A stretch of 64,000 nt of DNA from assembly GCA_963783305.1 (NCBI GenBank), contig CAWAMW010000016.1, positions 288,001 through 352,000 on the forward strand. Direction: 5' to 3'. The stretch comes from an uncultured Gemmatimonadales bacterium. Its GTDB lineage: Bacteria > Gemmatimonadota > Gemmatimonadetes > Longimicrobiales > RSA9. The notes below the pieces were generated by a model that was not told where the DNA came from, searched no databases, and saw nothing but the letters and a program-made list of their open reading frames with translations. The number at the start of each line of letters is the position of its first letter. The first letter of the stretch is position 1. Positions 1-8,996 of this stretch are shown here, in pieces. Position numbers and translations under genes: made by a program.

Positions 1-5
1 ATCGG

Positions 6-524
6 ATGAAGAACAAAGCGCGTGTCTTCTGGCCGCTCCTCCTCGGGCTTGTGCTCGCCGACTGCGGCTCCAAGCGGATCGTCGAGGACACGCTCCCGCT
101 CCACTCGCCGCGGGAGGTCGTGGGCGATGTCGTCCGGTTCACCCTCGCCTACAACCCGGGGGCCGCGTTCGGCGTCCACGTGGGGCCGTCCTCACGGATC
201 GTGTTCACCGTCCTCACCCTGGTGGCGCTCCTGGCGCTGCTCGCGATGTACCGCTCGACCCCTTCGAGTCACCGCGTGCAGATCGCAGCGCTGGCGCTGA
301 TCACCGGCGGCGCCCTCGGCAACCTCTTCGACCGGCTCCGCGGCTCCGCGGGGGTGGTGGACTTCATCGATGTGGGCGTGGGGGCTACCCGCTTCTGGAC
401 GTTCAACATCGCCGACGCGGGAATAACCGTCGGCGCGATCCTGCTGGCCATCTCGCTGTGGACCGAGCCCGAGTCGGAGCCCGTCGCGAGCGCCGGAGCC
501 CGGCACGACCCCACGCCGGACTGA
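6..524 (+). CDS. lspA: Lipoprotein signal peptidase II
   Basis: Motifs YNPGAAFG, GGALGNLFDR, GVVDFID and FNIADAGI; four hydrophobic segments. Confidence 0.95.
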   Translation: MKNKARVFWPLLLGLVLADCGSKRIVEDTLPLHSPREVVGDVVRFTLAYNPGAAFGVHVGPSSRIVFTVLTLVALLALLAMYRSTPSSHRVQIAALALITGGALGNLFDRLRGSAGVVDFIDVGVGATRFWTFNIADAGITVGAILLAISLWTEPESEPVASAGARHDPTPD

Positions 525-528
525 GCGC

Positions 529-1320
529 GTGTCGACAGCTCGCGGGCTACGGGCGCCCGACGTCATCGGAGCCGCGCAGAGCGGTCTCGACCGACTGGGT
601 CGCGGTGCGCTCATGGCCGCCGCCATCGTGCGCACCCTCGCCACGCCGCGGAAGTACCTCCACGCCTCGCTCACGCAGGCGTACCACATGGGGATCCGGT
701 CGCTGCCGCTGGTGCTCTTCATGGCCCTCATCGGGGGCGCCATCGCCTCGCAGCAGACGGGGGCACAGTTCGCCGGCGGGCTCCCCACGTGGGTGATCGG
801 CAGCGTGGTGGCGGCGGGCGTGCTCACCGAGATCGGACCGGTGCTGACGGCCATCGTTCTCATCGGCCGGCTGGGCGCCAGCATTGCCGCCGAGCTGGGG
901 ACCATGAAGGTGACGGAGCAGATCGACGCCCTCTACTCCATCGGTCGCGACCCGATCACGCTCCTCATCGTGCCACGGGTGGTGGGGGGCGCGCTCGTGG
1001 TCCCGCCGCTGGTGATCATGGCCGACGCCATGGGCATCTTCTCCGGCTGGCTGGTCGGGATGATGACGGTGGATGGGCTGACGACCTCGGAGTTCCTCTT
1101 CGGCGCACGCTTCTACTTCCGCCCCTGGGTGCTCTACTTCTCGCTCATCAAGGCCGCCGTGTTCGGCGTGACCATCACGTTCCTCGCCTGCTTCATAGGC
1201 CTGGAAGGGCGGGGCGGGGCCGAGGGCGTGGGCCGGACGACGACCGCCGCCGTAGTGACCACCACCGTGGTCGTCATGGTGCTCGACCTGATCCTGATCC
1301 CGCTGCTGAAGGTAGCGTGA
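529..1320 (+). CDS. mlaE: MlaE-family lipid ABC transporter permease
   Basis: EIGPVLTAIVLIGRLGASIAAELGTMKVTEQIDAL and GGAEGVGRTTT motifs; GTG start is approximate. Confidence 0.9.
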   Translation: MSTARGLRAPDVIGAAQSGLDRLGRGALMAAAIVRTLATPRKYLHASLTQAYHMGIRSLPLVLFMALIGGAIASQQTGAQFAGGLPTWVIGSVVAAGVLTEIGPVLTAIVLIGRLGASIAAELGTMKVTEQIDALYSIGRDPITLLIVPRVVGGALVVPPLVIMADAMGIFSGWLVGMMTVDGLTTSEFLFGARFYFRPWVLYFSLIKAAVFGVTITFLACFIGLEGRGGAEGVGRTTTAAVVTTTVVVMVLDLILIPLLKVA

Positions 1321-2063
1321 TGATCGAGTTCAACGGGATCTGGAAATCGTTTGGCGGTGAGGCGGTCCTGTCGGGTGTGGACCTCCTGGTCCGTGAGGGC
1401 GAGACGCTGGTTCTGCTCGGACCGTCGGGCACGGGCAAGAGCGTGTTGCTGAAGCACGCCATCGGCCTGCTCCGTCCGGACCGCGGCGATGTAAAGGTCG
1501 ACGGGGTATCCATCCCGGGGGCGGGGCCCGGTCAGCTCAAGCGGGTGCGCAAGAAGGTGGGGTACGTCTTCCAGCACGCGGCGCTGTTCGATTCCATGAC
1601 GGTGCTCGAGAACATGGCGCTGGCCATCCACGACGAGGACGAAGTCCGACCGGCGAGCCACGCACGAGCTGAGGCGATGGAGCTGCTCCGGCGCGTGAAC
1701 CTGGAGCCGATCGTACTGGATCAGTTCCCGGCCGAGCTGTCCGGGGGGATGCGGAAGCGGGTGGGCGTGGCGCGAGCGATCGCCAGCCGGCCGAGGTACG
1801 TGCTGTACGACGAGCCCACCACGGGTCTGGACCCCGTGAACGCCGAGATCATTGACGATCTCATCAGCGGTCTGGCCGACGACCTGGGCGTGACGAGCAT
1901 CGTGGTTACGCACGACCTGGAATCGGCGTTCCAGGTGGGTGACAGGATCGCGCTGCTCACCGAGGGACGGCTGCGTGCCGTGGGCACCCCGCAGGAGATA
2001 CTCGAGAGTGAAGATCCCGTGGTCCGGCGGTTCATGCATCGCCGCTTCGGAACCGCGGCTTGA
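1320..2063 (+). CDS. mlaF: MlaF-family ABC transporter ATP-binding protein
   Basis: Walker A GPSGTGKS, signature LSGGMRKR, YDEPTTGLDP, THD; the ATG at 1320 overlaps the mlaE stop (TGATG). Confidence 0.9.
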   Translation: MIEFNGIWKSFGGEAVLSGVDLLVREGETLVLLGPSGTGKSVLLKHAIGLLRPDRGDVKVDGVSIPGAGPGQLKRVRKKVGYVFQHAALFDSMTVLENMALAIHDEDEVRPASHARAEAMELLRRVNLEPIVLDQFPAELSGGMRKRVGVARAIASRPRYVLYDEPTTGLDPVNAEIIDDLISGLADDLGVTSIVVTHDLESAFQVGDRIALLTEGRLRAVGTPQEILESEDPVVRRFMHRRFGTAA

Positions 2064-2080
2064 GACGAGGGAGATAGAGA

Positions 2081-2950
2081 ATGGAATATCAGGTCAGGAA
2101 TCTGACGGCGCTCGGCCTGCTGGTCCTGGTGGCCGGCGGGGTCTTCGTGTGGGGGTTCTTCTTCCTGCTCGGCGATCCCATCGGCGTGGGCGGCGACGAG
2201 GTCGTGATGATGATGGGGGACGGTGCCGGGCTCAGCCGCGGGAACCCGGTCCAGCTGAACGGAGTGCAGATCGGAATGGTGCGGAGCGTTCAGCTGGATC
2301 CGCCCCATGGCGTCAGCGTGCGGCTCAAGGTCGACGACGATATTCGGCTGCCCGCCGACACGCGGGCTGTCGTCCGGACGGACGTCTTCGGGACCCACAG
2401 CATTCAGCTTCAGCCAGGCAGCGCACTGGTGGCGCTGGAGGGCGGGGATACCATCCAGGGCATGACGCAGGAGCCCCTCATGAGCCTGGCCACGGAGCTC
2501 GGCGGTCAGGCGCGGGGCATCATGGCCTCCGCCGACTCGCTCCTGTCCCCGAAGGCGGTGGGCGACCTGAGAGCCACAGCCGCCGAGCTGCCCAGCGCCG
2601 CGCAGCAGCTCCGGGCTGCGTTCGCGGAGCTCTCGCTCGCCGCCGCCTCCCTCCGGCGCACCGCCGAGGAGATGGAGCGCTCCGAGGCCGGAGCGGCCAC
2701 GGGCGCAACGTTGGCTGAGGTCCGCGAGAGCGCCCGCGCGGCCCGGGAGACGCTGGTCGTGATGGAGTCCTCCATGCAGTCGCTGGCGTCCGTTCTCGGC
2801 AAGGTGGATCGTGGAGAGGGGACGCTCGGGCGACTCGTCAACGACACGTCGCTCTACGCCGACATGGGCGCCACGCTCCGCGAGATCCGCTCCCTCACGG
2901 CCGATGTGCGGGAGAATCCTCGCAAGTACGTTACGGTACGGGTCTTCTGA
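2081..2950 (+). CDS. mlaD: MlaD/MCE-family substrate-binding protein
   Basis: N-terminal TM, MCE motif GLSRGNPVQLNGVQIG, helical tail with GEGTLGRLVND...LY; in an operon with mlaEF. Confidence 0.88.
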   Translation: MEYQVRNLTALGLLVLVAGGVFVWGFFFLLGDPIGVGGDEVVMMMGDGAGLSRGNPVQLNGVQIGMVRSVQLDPPHGVSVRLKVDDDIRLPADTRAVVRTDVFGTHSIQLQPGSALVALEGGDTIQGMTQEPLMSLATELGGQARGIMASADSLLSPKAVGDLRATAAELPSAAQQLRAAFAELSLAAASLRRTAEEMERSEAGAATGATLAEVRESARAARETLVVMESSMQSLASVLGKVDRGEGTLGRLVNDTSLYADMGATLREIRSLTADVRENPRKYVTVRVF

Positions 2951-3012
2951 CGGGAACGTCCCTTGCACTCCCTGCGCCTTGGGAGCGTACAGGCGAACCG
3001 GGAAGCGGGACG

Positions 3013-3348
3013 GTGAGAATGGTTGGCGTAGAAGGAATCCGACTCATGCTGCTGGTCTTCGCGTTCGTCGGATTCGCGGGTGCGGGGGCCGCCCTCGCCG
3101 TGGCCCGCGAGCGACTCCTCACCGACGGGGATCGGGACGCCGGTCTGGTGGCCATTACCTTCATGTTCACCCTCTTCGGAGCCCTCTGCACCCTCGCCGC
3201 CAGCGGGCCGTTCGGTGTGGTCGCCTTCGGGGGCGTCGTCGTCGGGGGCAGCTACCTCCTCATGGCGCGCCGTCTCGGGCTCCTGCGAATCGAGGTTCCG
3301 CCCACCGCCACCGCCGAGCGCGAAACCACGCACCACCACGGCACGTGA
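3013..3348 (+). CDS. Small hypothetical membrane protein
   Basis: Three hydrophobic helices; coding-like GC3; fills the gap between mlaD and the glycerate kinase gene. Confidence 0.55.
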   Translation: MRMVGVEGIRLMLLVFAFVGFAGAGAALAVARERLLTDGDRDAGLVAITFMFTLFGALCTLAASGPFGVVAFGGVVVGGSYLLMARRLGLLRIEVPPTATAERETTHHHGT

Positions 3349-3385
3349 ATCTCCGGCCGCACACGCTCCCCGAGACACACGCTCC

Positions 3386-4480
3386 ATGATCCTCATCTGC
3401 CCGACGGCGTTCAAGGGAACGCTCACCGCATCCGAAGCGACGGCGGCGATGGCGACGGGCGCCCGCGCCGCGGCGCCCACCGCCAAGCTGTGGCGCCAGC
3501 CGCTGTCGGACGGGGGGAACGGCCTCCTCAACGCGCTGGAGTCCATGGGGGGAGGTCGGGGCCGAGCAGCCCGCGTCGCCGGGCCGCTTGGCACGTCCGT
3601 GACCGCCCGCTACCTCGTGCAGGACCATCAGGCGGTGGTCGAGACCGCCGAAGCGTGCGGGGTGCACCTGGTCCCTGAGCCGCTCCGGGACCCGCTCCGG
3701 GCCGACACCCGGGGGGTGGGTGAGCTCCTGCTGGCCGCGGCCGAGTTCGCGCAGGACGACAGCCGTCTCGTCGTGGGGCTTGGCGGATCCGCCACCGTGG
3801 ACGCCGGGGCCGGTATGGCCACGGCACTCGGATGGCGCCTCCTCGACGAGGCCGGGGACCCCATCCGGCGGGGCGGCGGCGGGCTGCTCCGGCTCGCGCG
3901 CCTCGAGCGGCCCGCGGCGTCCGTGGTGCTCCCGGCGCTCACGGTCCTCGCCGACGTCACCAACCCGCTGGTAGGATCCGGAGGCGCCGCGCGCGTGTAC
4001 GCGCCGCAGAAGGGTGCGCGGCCAGTGGACGTGGACCGGCTGGAGCGGGCACTCGAGAACTGGGCGCGGGTGGTCGAGAATGCGCTCGGCATCGACGTGG
4101 CGGATGTCCCGGGCGGCGGGGCGGCGGGTGGGCTCGGGGCGGCGTTCGCGGCGCTGCTCGGATCGCCGCCGCAGCCGGGCGCCGACTGGGTGCTGGACGA
4201 AGTCGGGTTCGACCGGGCTCTCGCGGACGCGGCGGTGGTGGTAACGGGCGAGGGTGCCTGGGACGCGCAGTCGTCGATGGGGAAGGCCACGGGTGAGGTG
4301 GTCCGCCGGAGCCAGCGCGCCGGTGTGCCCGTGCTGCTGGTGACCGGCCGGTCGGAGGCCGCGGCGCCGGCGGGCGTAACCGTCGTAGCCGGGTCCTCCC
4401 GGACGATGACCACTGGCGATCTCTCCCGTCTGGTCTCGGAGTCGCTCCGCGGGTTGCTGCCTCCCACTCGCCGTCCCTAG
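3386..4480 (+). CDS. Glycerate kinase (class I, GlxK/GarK family)
   Basis: ICPTAFKGTL, PLSDGG, GLGGSATVDAG, GGGAAGGLG and TGEG..D.QS.MGK motifs; start placed at the ATG at 3386. Confidence 0.88.
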   Translation: MILICPTAFKGTLTASEATAAMATGARAAAPTAKLWRQPLSDGGNGLLNALESMGGGRGRAARVAGPLGTSVTARYLVQDHQAVVETAEACGVHLVPEPLRDPLRADTRGVGELLLAAAEFAQDDSRLVVGLGGSATVDAGAGMATALGWRLLDEAGDPIRRGGGGLLRLARLERPAASVVLPALTVLADVTNPLVGSGGAARVYAPQKGARPVDVDRLERALENWARVVENALGIDVADVPGGGAAGGLGAAFAALLGSPPQPGADWVLDEVGFDRALADAAVVVTGEGAWDAQSSMGKATGEVVRRSQRAGVPVLLVTGRSEAAAPAGVTVVAGSSRTMTTGDLSRLVSESLRGLLPPTRRP

Positions 4481-4492
4481 TTTCACCGACCT

Positions 4493-5812
4493 ATGACCAA
4501 AAACGATCTGATGGAAAAGCTCGTCTCGCTGTGCAAGCGGCGGGGCTACGTGTTTCAGTCTTCGGAGATCTACGGCGGGACCGGCTCGGTGTGGGATTAC
4601 GGTCCGCTCGGCGTGGAGCTGAAGAACAACATCAAGTCGCTCTGGTGGCGCTCCATGGTGCATCAGCGCGACGATATCGAGGGCCTCGACGCGGCGATCC
4701 TGATGAACCCGGAAGTGTGGGTCGCCAGCGGTCACGTGGAGGGCTTCACGGATCCACTCGTGGAGTGCAGGAACTGCCACCGGCGGTTCCGCGCGGACGT
4801 GCCCGACATCCAGGACGGGCAGTGCCCGGTGTGCGGCGCCAGCGAAGGCTTCACGGAGCCCCGCAACTTCAACCTCATGTTCAAGACGTTCATGGGGCCG
4901 GTGGAGGAGGACGCGAGCGTCGTATACCTCCGGCCGGAGACCGCCCAGGGCATCTTCGTGAACTTCCAGAACGTGGTGACCACGGCCCGGCAGCGGGTGC
5001 CGTTCGGGATCGCCCAGATCGGAAAGGCGTTCAGGAACGAGATCACCCCCGGGAACTTCATCTTCCGGACGCGGGAGTTCGAGCAGATGGAGATGCAGTT
5101 CTTCGTGGAGCCCGGCACCGACGATGAGTGGTTCGATCGGTGGAAGGAGATCCGCATGGAGTGGATGAAGTCGCTCGGGATCGACCCGGCGAAGCTGCGG
5201 TTCCACGAGCACGCCCCGGACGAGCTCGCCCACTACGCCAAGAAGGCTTTCGACATCGAGTACGAGCTGCCGTTCGGCTGGCAGGAGATCGAGGGGATCC
5301 ACAACCGCACGGACTTCGACCTGAGCCGGCACCAGCAGCACTCGGGGAAGCGGATGGAGTACATCGACCCCGCCGAGCAGGGGAAGCGCTACCTCCCCTA
5401 CATCATCGAGACATCCGCGGGCGCCGACCGCACCGCTCTCGTCGTGCTCGCCGACGCATACCGCGAGGAAGAGGTGGAGGGCGAGCAGCGCGTGGTCCTG
5501 GGCCTCCACCCCCGGCTCGCGCCCATCAAGGCGGCCATCTTCCCACTCGTGAAGAAGGACGGCCTGCCGGAGATCGCGATCCGGATCCACGATGATCTGA
5601 AGGCCGCCGGTATCAACTCGTTCTATGACGAGAGCGGCTCCATCGGGAAACGTTATCGACGGCAGGACGAGGCGGGCACACCGTTCGGCATTACCGTCGA
5701 CGGCCAGACGTCGGAAGACCAGACGGTCACCGTGCGGGATCGGGATACGCTCCAGCAGGAGCGGATCGCGGCGGACCGGGTCGTCGAGTACGTTCGCGAG
5801 CGGGTTACGTAG
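4493..5812 (+). CDS. glyQS: Glycine--tRNA ligase, alpha2 (eukaryote-like) type
   Basis: [51 protein letters not shown]. Confidence 0.97.
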   Translation: MTKNDLMEKLVSLCKRRGYVFQSSEIYGGTGSVWDYGPLGVELKNNIKSLWWRSMVHQRDDIEGLDAAILMNPEVWVASGHVEGFTDPLVECRNCHRRFRADVPDIQDGQCPVCGASEGFTEPRNFNLMFKTFMGPVEEDASVVYLRPETAQGIFVNFQNVVTTARQRVPFGIAQIGKAFRNEITPGNFIFRTREFEQMEMQFFVEPGTDDEWFDRWKEIRMEWMKSLGIDPAKLRFHEHAPDELAHYAKKAFDIEYELPFGWQEIEGIHNRTDFDLSRHQQHSGKRMEYIDPAEQGKRYLPYIIETSAGADRTALVVLADAYREEEVEGEQRVVLGLHPRLAPIKAAIFPLVKKDGLPEIAIRIHDDLKAAGINSFYDESGSIGKRYRRQDEAGTPFGITVDGQTSEDQTVTVRDRDTLQQERIAADRVVEYVRERVT

Positions 5813-5899
5813 AACGCTCGCTTCGCTCGCTATCGAACGCTCGCGGCTGCGCCGCTCGCTATGGAACGCGTTGCCGCTGACGCGGCTCGCTATCGGGGG
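5812..5899. repeat. Left arm of a long imperfect inverted repeat enclosing the four-helix-bundle gene
   Basis: GAACGCTCGCTTCGCTCGCTATCGAACGCTCGCGGCTGCGCCGCTCGCTA... is the near-exact reverse complement of 6647-6696; similarity continues inward. Confidence 0.85.
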
Positions 5900-5920
5900 C
5901 ATGGCGCTCGGGCTTCGCCC

Positions 5921-6022
5921 TCGCGGCACCTCGTTATTCGCGGCACCTTTACCTTCGCGGCACCTTTAGCTTCGCGGCACCCTTACCTTCGCGACACCCT
6001 TACCTTCGCGGCACTTTTCCGC
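5921..6022. repeat. Tandem array, 6 x 17 bp (consensus TCGCGGCACCYTTACCT)
   Basis: Units start at 5921, 5938, 5955, 5972, 5989 and 6006; the array overlaps the stop codon of the four-helix-bundle gene. Confidence 0.9.
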
Positions 6023-6415
6023 TTCCGGGCGGGGCGGTGTGTTTCTGCGGGCTCGGTAGCGGCGAGTGAGGCCGTGGAGCATGGCGGCGACGCGGGCGAG
6101 GTGGGTTTCGCGGGCGTTGTATTCGTCGTCGTCGATCAGGTCGAGGGCGGCCAGCGCGTCCAGGTGACTGGCGCACTCGGAGGTCGAGCCCTGGGCGTAG
6201 CGGACGTGCTGCTCGGCTTCTCCGGGCTGCTTGTCCCGGCCGGTGGCCTCCCCGATGTTCGACAGGATCGAAAGCGAGGCCCCCAGCATCTGGGCCGAGA
6301 CCTTGAACGGCAGCCGCGGCTCCCGCCCCACCACGCCGACCGTCCAGGCGAAATGCTCGACCGCCGCCTGATAAACCTCCAGCCGCTTGAAGCCGAACCG
6401 ATACCTTTTCGCCAT
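5966..6415 (-). CDS. Four-helix bundle protein (23S rRNA intervening-sequence protein family)
   Basis: FKRLEVYQ.A, Q..GASLSILSNIGEA.GR and AQGSTSEC family motifs; GGAGG RBS upstream. Confidence 0.85.
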   Translation of the reverse strand: MAKRYRFGFKRLEVYQAAVEHFAWTVGVVGREPRLPFKVSAQMLGASLSILSNIGEATGRDKQPGEAEQHVRYAQGSTSECASHLDALAALDLIDDDEYNARETHLARVAAMLHGLTRRYRARRNTPPRPEAEKCREGKGVAKVRVPRS

Positions 6416-6541
6416 TCCTCCCTCCGTAGCTGTGCCTCAATCCTCACCCTTCGGCCTCTCCCGTCCATGGCGGAACCGGACGCTCTGCCAATTTCAGCGG
6501 CGGCCTCGGCGAACGCCGGGAAGGTCGAAGGTGAAGAAGGT

Positions 6542-6577
6542 CGAAAGCCCGAGAAGCCCGAGAAGCCCGAGAAGCCC
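6542..6577. repeat. Tandem array, about 4 x 9 bp (GAGAAGCCC)
   Basis: cgaaagccc gagaagccc gagaagccc gagaagccc, read directly. Confidence 0.85.
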
Positions 6578-6578
6578 G

Positions 6579-6696
6579 CCCCGATAGCGGGCCGCGCCAG
6601 CGGCCACGCGTTCGATAGCAAGCCCGCGCAGCGGCGCCGCGTCCCCTAGCGAGCGGCGAAGCCGCGAGCGTTCGATAGCGAGCAGAGCGAGCGTTC
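6579..6696. repeat. Right arm of the long imperfect inverted repeat, with one extra internal unit
   Basis: Reverse complement matches 5812-5899; contains a GCGGC-GAA-GCCGC mini-hairpin. Confidence 0.85.
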
Positions 6697-6772
6697 CGCC
6701 TTGCCGCCGGCACCATACGTCCGTACCCTAGGCCCTTCCCGATCACAACCCACCTGAAACGACAACTCAAAC

Positions 6773-8230
6773 ATGTCCCGATTCTCCAGCCGCTGGGGTA
6801 TGATGCTGGCCATGCTCGGCATGGCGGTCGGCACGGGCAACATCTGGAGGTTCCCACGCATCGCGGCGTCGAACGGCGGCGGCTCCTTCCTGGTGGCGTG
6901 GGTCGTCTTCCTCCTCCTGTGGTCGATCCCGCTCATCCTGGTGGAGTTCGCCATGGGCCGGGAGACGCGCTACGGGGCCGTGGGCGCGTTCAGCCGGCTG
7001 GTGGGCCGGAAGTTCGCGTGGATGGGCGCGTGGATCGCGTGGACGGCCACGGCCATCATGTTCTACTACACCGTCGTGATGGCGTGGACGCTCCGCTACT
7101 TCTGGGGGGCGCTGAGTGGCGAGCTGAGCGGGGCGGAGCCCGGCGCGGTCTGGGAGAGCTTCGCGTGGGGGCCCCAGGTGCTCGGGTTCCACGCGGTCGC
7201 CATGGTGCTGGCGGCGTGGGTGGTGGCGCGCGGAGTCCGCGGGATCGAGCGTGCGGCGACCATCCTGATCCCCAGCCTGTTCGTGCTGATCGTGGTGCTC
7301 ACGATCCGGGCGGTGACGCTGCCGGGTGCGTCGGCGGGGCTGAACTTCCTGTTCACCCCGACGTGGGAGGGGCTGACCGACCACCGCGTGTGGCTGGCCG
7401 CCCTTACGCAGAACGCGTGGGACACGGGGGCCGGATGGGGTCTCATCCTCACCTACTCCATCTACATGCGGAAGCGCGAGGACTCCACGCTCAACGGCTT
7501 CATGCTCGGATTCGGCAACAACGCCGTGTCGCTCATGGCGGGGATCCTGGTCCTCTGCACGGTCTTCTCGGTCATGCCGGGTGCGGCGAGCGAGATCGTG
7601 GGGGCGGGGAACGAGGGGCTCACCTTCATCTGGGTGCCGCAGCTTTTCAACGCCATGCCCGGTGGGCGGTTCTTCATGACGCTCTTCTTCCTGGCGCTCA
7701 TGTTCGCGGCCTGGTCCAGCCTCATCTCCATGATCGAGCTGGCGACCCGCGTGCTGGTGGATGGCGGCATGTCGCGCGGTCGCGCCCTCATGGTGGTGGC
7801 TTCCGCCGGCTTTGTCCTCGGCGTGCCATCCGCGTTGAGCCAGGCGGTGTTCCAGAACCAGGACTGGGTGTGGGGCGTGGGGCTCATGGTCTCCGGCCTC
7901 TTCTTCGCCATCGCCGTGCTGCGGTACGGCGTGACGCGGTTCCGGGAAGAGCTGGTGAACACCCCCTATTCCGACATCCGGATTGGCGCCTGGTGGGATT
8001 GGGCCATGCGTCTGGTGGTGGTGCAGGCGGTGGTGCTCATCATCTGGTGGACCACGCAGGTCGGAACGGAGGCGCCCTGGGGCCGCTACGGGATCTGGAA
8101 CACTCTGGCGCAGTGGGCGGTGGCGCTCGGCTTCTTCCTGGCGCTGAACCGCTGGATGGTCCAGCGGACGCACCCGGAGGTGGCCCGGGAGGAAGCGCCC
8201 GAGGGGCGCATGCCTCCGTCGATCCCCTGA
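6773..8230 (+). CDS. Sodium-dependent transporter, NSS/SNF family
   Basis: GMAVGTGNIWRFP, NGGGSFLV and EFAMGR motifs; about 12 TM helices. Confidence 0.93.
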   Translation: MSRFSSRWGMMLAMLGMAVGTGNIWRFPRIAASNGGGSFLVAWVVFLLLWSIPLILVEFAMGRETRYGAVGAFSRLVGRKFAWMGAWIAWTATAIMFYYTVVMAWTLRYFWGALSGELSGAEPGAVWESFAWGPQVLGFHAVAMVLAAWVVARGVRGIERAATILIPSLFVLIVVLTIRAVTLPGASAGLNFLFTPTWEGLTDHRVWLAALTQNAWDTGAGWGLILTYSIYMRKREDSTLNGFMLGFGNNAVSLMAGILVLCTVFSVMPGAASEIVGAGNEGLTFIWVPQLFNAMPGGRFFMTLFFLALMFAAWSSLISMIELATRVLVDGGMSRGRALMVVASAGFVLGVPSALSQAVFQNQDWVWGVGLMVSGLFFAIAVLRYGVTRFREELVNTPYSDIRIGAWWDWAMRLVVVQAVVLIIWWTTQVGTEAPWGRYGIWNTLAQWAVALGFFLALNRWMVQRTHPEVAREEAPEGRMPPSIP

Positions 8231-8243
8231 GCTCCGGTCGCAC

Positions 8244-8975
8244 ATGCGGTACGCCGAGTTCCAGCGGCGGGCGTCGCTCGTATGGGAGGAGATCCCGGAC
8301 GTGTATCGGTCCGGCGTCGACGGCCTGGTCCTGGAGCGGGAGGCCCGGGCGCACCCCACGATGCCGGAGATCTACACCCTCGGGGAGTGCCTGACCGAGG
8401 CGTACCCGTCCGACTGGGCCGGCCCGGAGACCACCCGCTCCGTCCTGGTGCTCTACTACGGGTCGTTCCGGCGGCTCGCCGAGCTCGACCCGGACTTCGA
8501 CTGGCGCTACGAGATCTGGGAAACCGTCACCCACGAGCTGCGGCACCACCTGGAGTCACTGGCGGTGGAGGACACGCTCGAGGACGTCGATTACGCAGTC
8601 GACGAGAACTTCAAGCGACTCGCGGACGAGCCCTTCGACCCCTACTTCTTCCGCTCCGGTGAGACCGTCGCGCCCGGCGTCTACGAGGCGGATCGCGACA
8701 TTTTCATCGAGGTCCCGTACCGCGCCGAAACGCCTCCTGGACCGTGGGTGGAGTTCGAGTGGGATGGCGCCCGACATTCGGTGGGCGTTCCGGGCGAGCT
8801 GGGAGACGTGACCTTCCTGCAGGTCGTGGGTGGTGTGGACCTCGGCTCGAGGGAGCTCTGCCTGGTCCTCGTGCGGCACAGGGGCTGGCTGGAGCAGTTG
8901 AAGAGCGTGTTCCGCCCTCGTCCGCCCACCGTCGTGGAGGCGGGTGTGACCGCCGTGGACCGGAGAACGGACTGA
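8244..8975 (+). CDS. Zincin-like metallopeptidase family protein
   Basis: ETVTHELRHH (HExxH-type) preceded by LVLYYGSF, typical of minimal zincins. Confidence 0.7.
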   Translation: MRYAEFQRRASLVWEEIPDVYRSGVDGLVLEREARAHPTMPEIYTLGECLTEAYPSDWAGPETTRSVLVLYYGSFRRLAELDPDFDWRYEIWETVTHELRHHLESLAVEDTLEDVDYAVDENFKRLADEPFDPYFFRSGETVAPGVYEADRDIFIEVPYRAETPPGPWVEFEWDGARHSVGVPGELGDVTFLQVVGGVDLGSRELCLVLVRHRGWLEQLKSVFRPRPPTVVEAGVTAVDRRTD

Positions 8976-8996
8976 CGACGCACGGTCGAAGAGTCC

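Noticed and set aside
3260..5929. Long antisense or alternative-frame ORFs (e.g. 3260-5929, 26047-28206, 35218-37746, 38761-41367)
   Set aside because: These are shadow ORFs opposite well-supported genes, expected in high-GC DNA, and carry no recognisable motifs.
5921..6022. CRISPR array (also considered for 25325-25390 and 29448-29696)
   Set aside because: The units are head-to-tail with no unique spacers and are too short, and there are no cas genes.
5966..6415. Diversity-generating retroelement, given the Avd-like four-helix bundle
   Set aside because: There is no reverse transcriptase and no template/variable repeat pair in the window.
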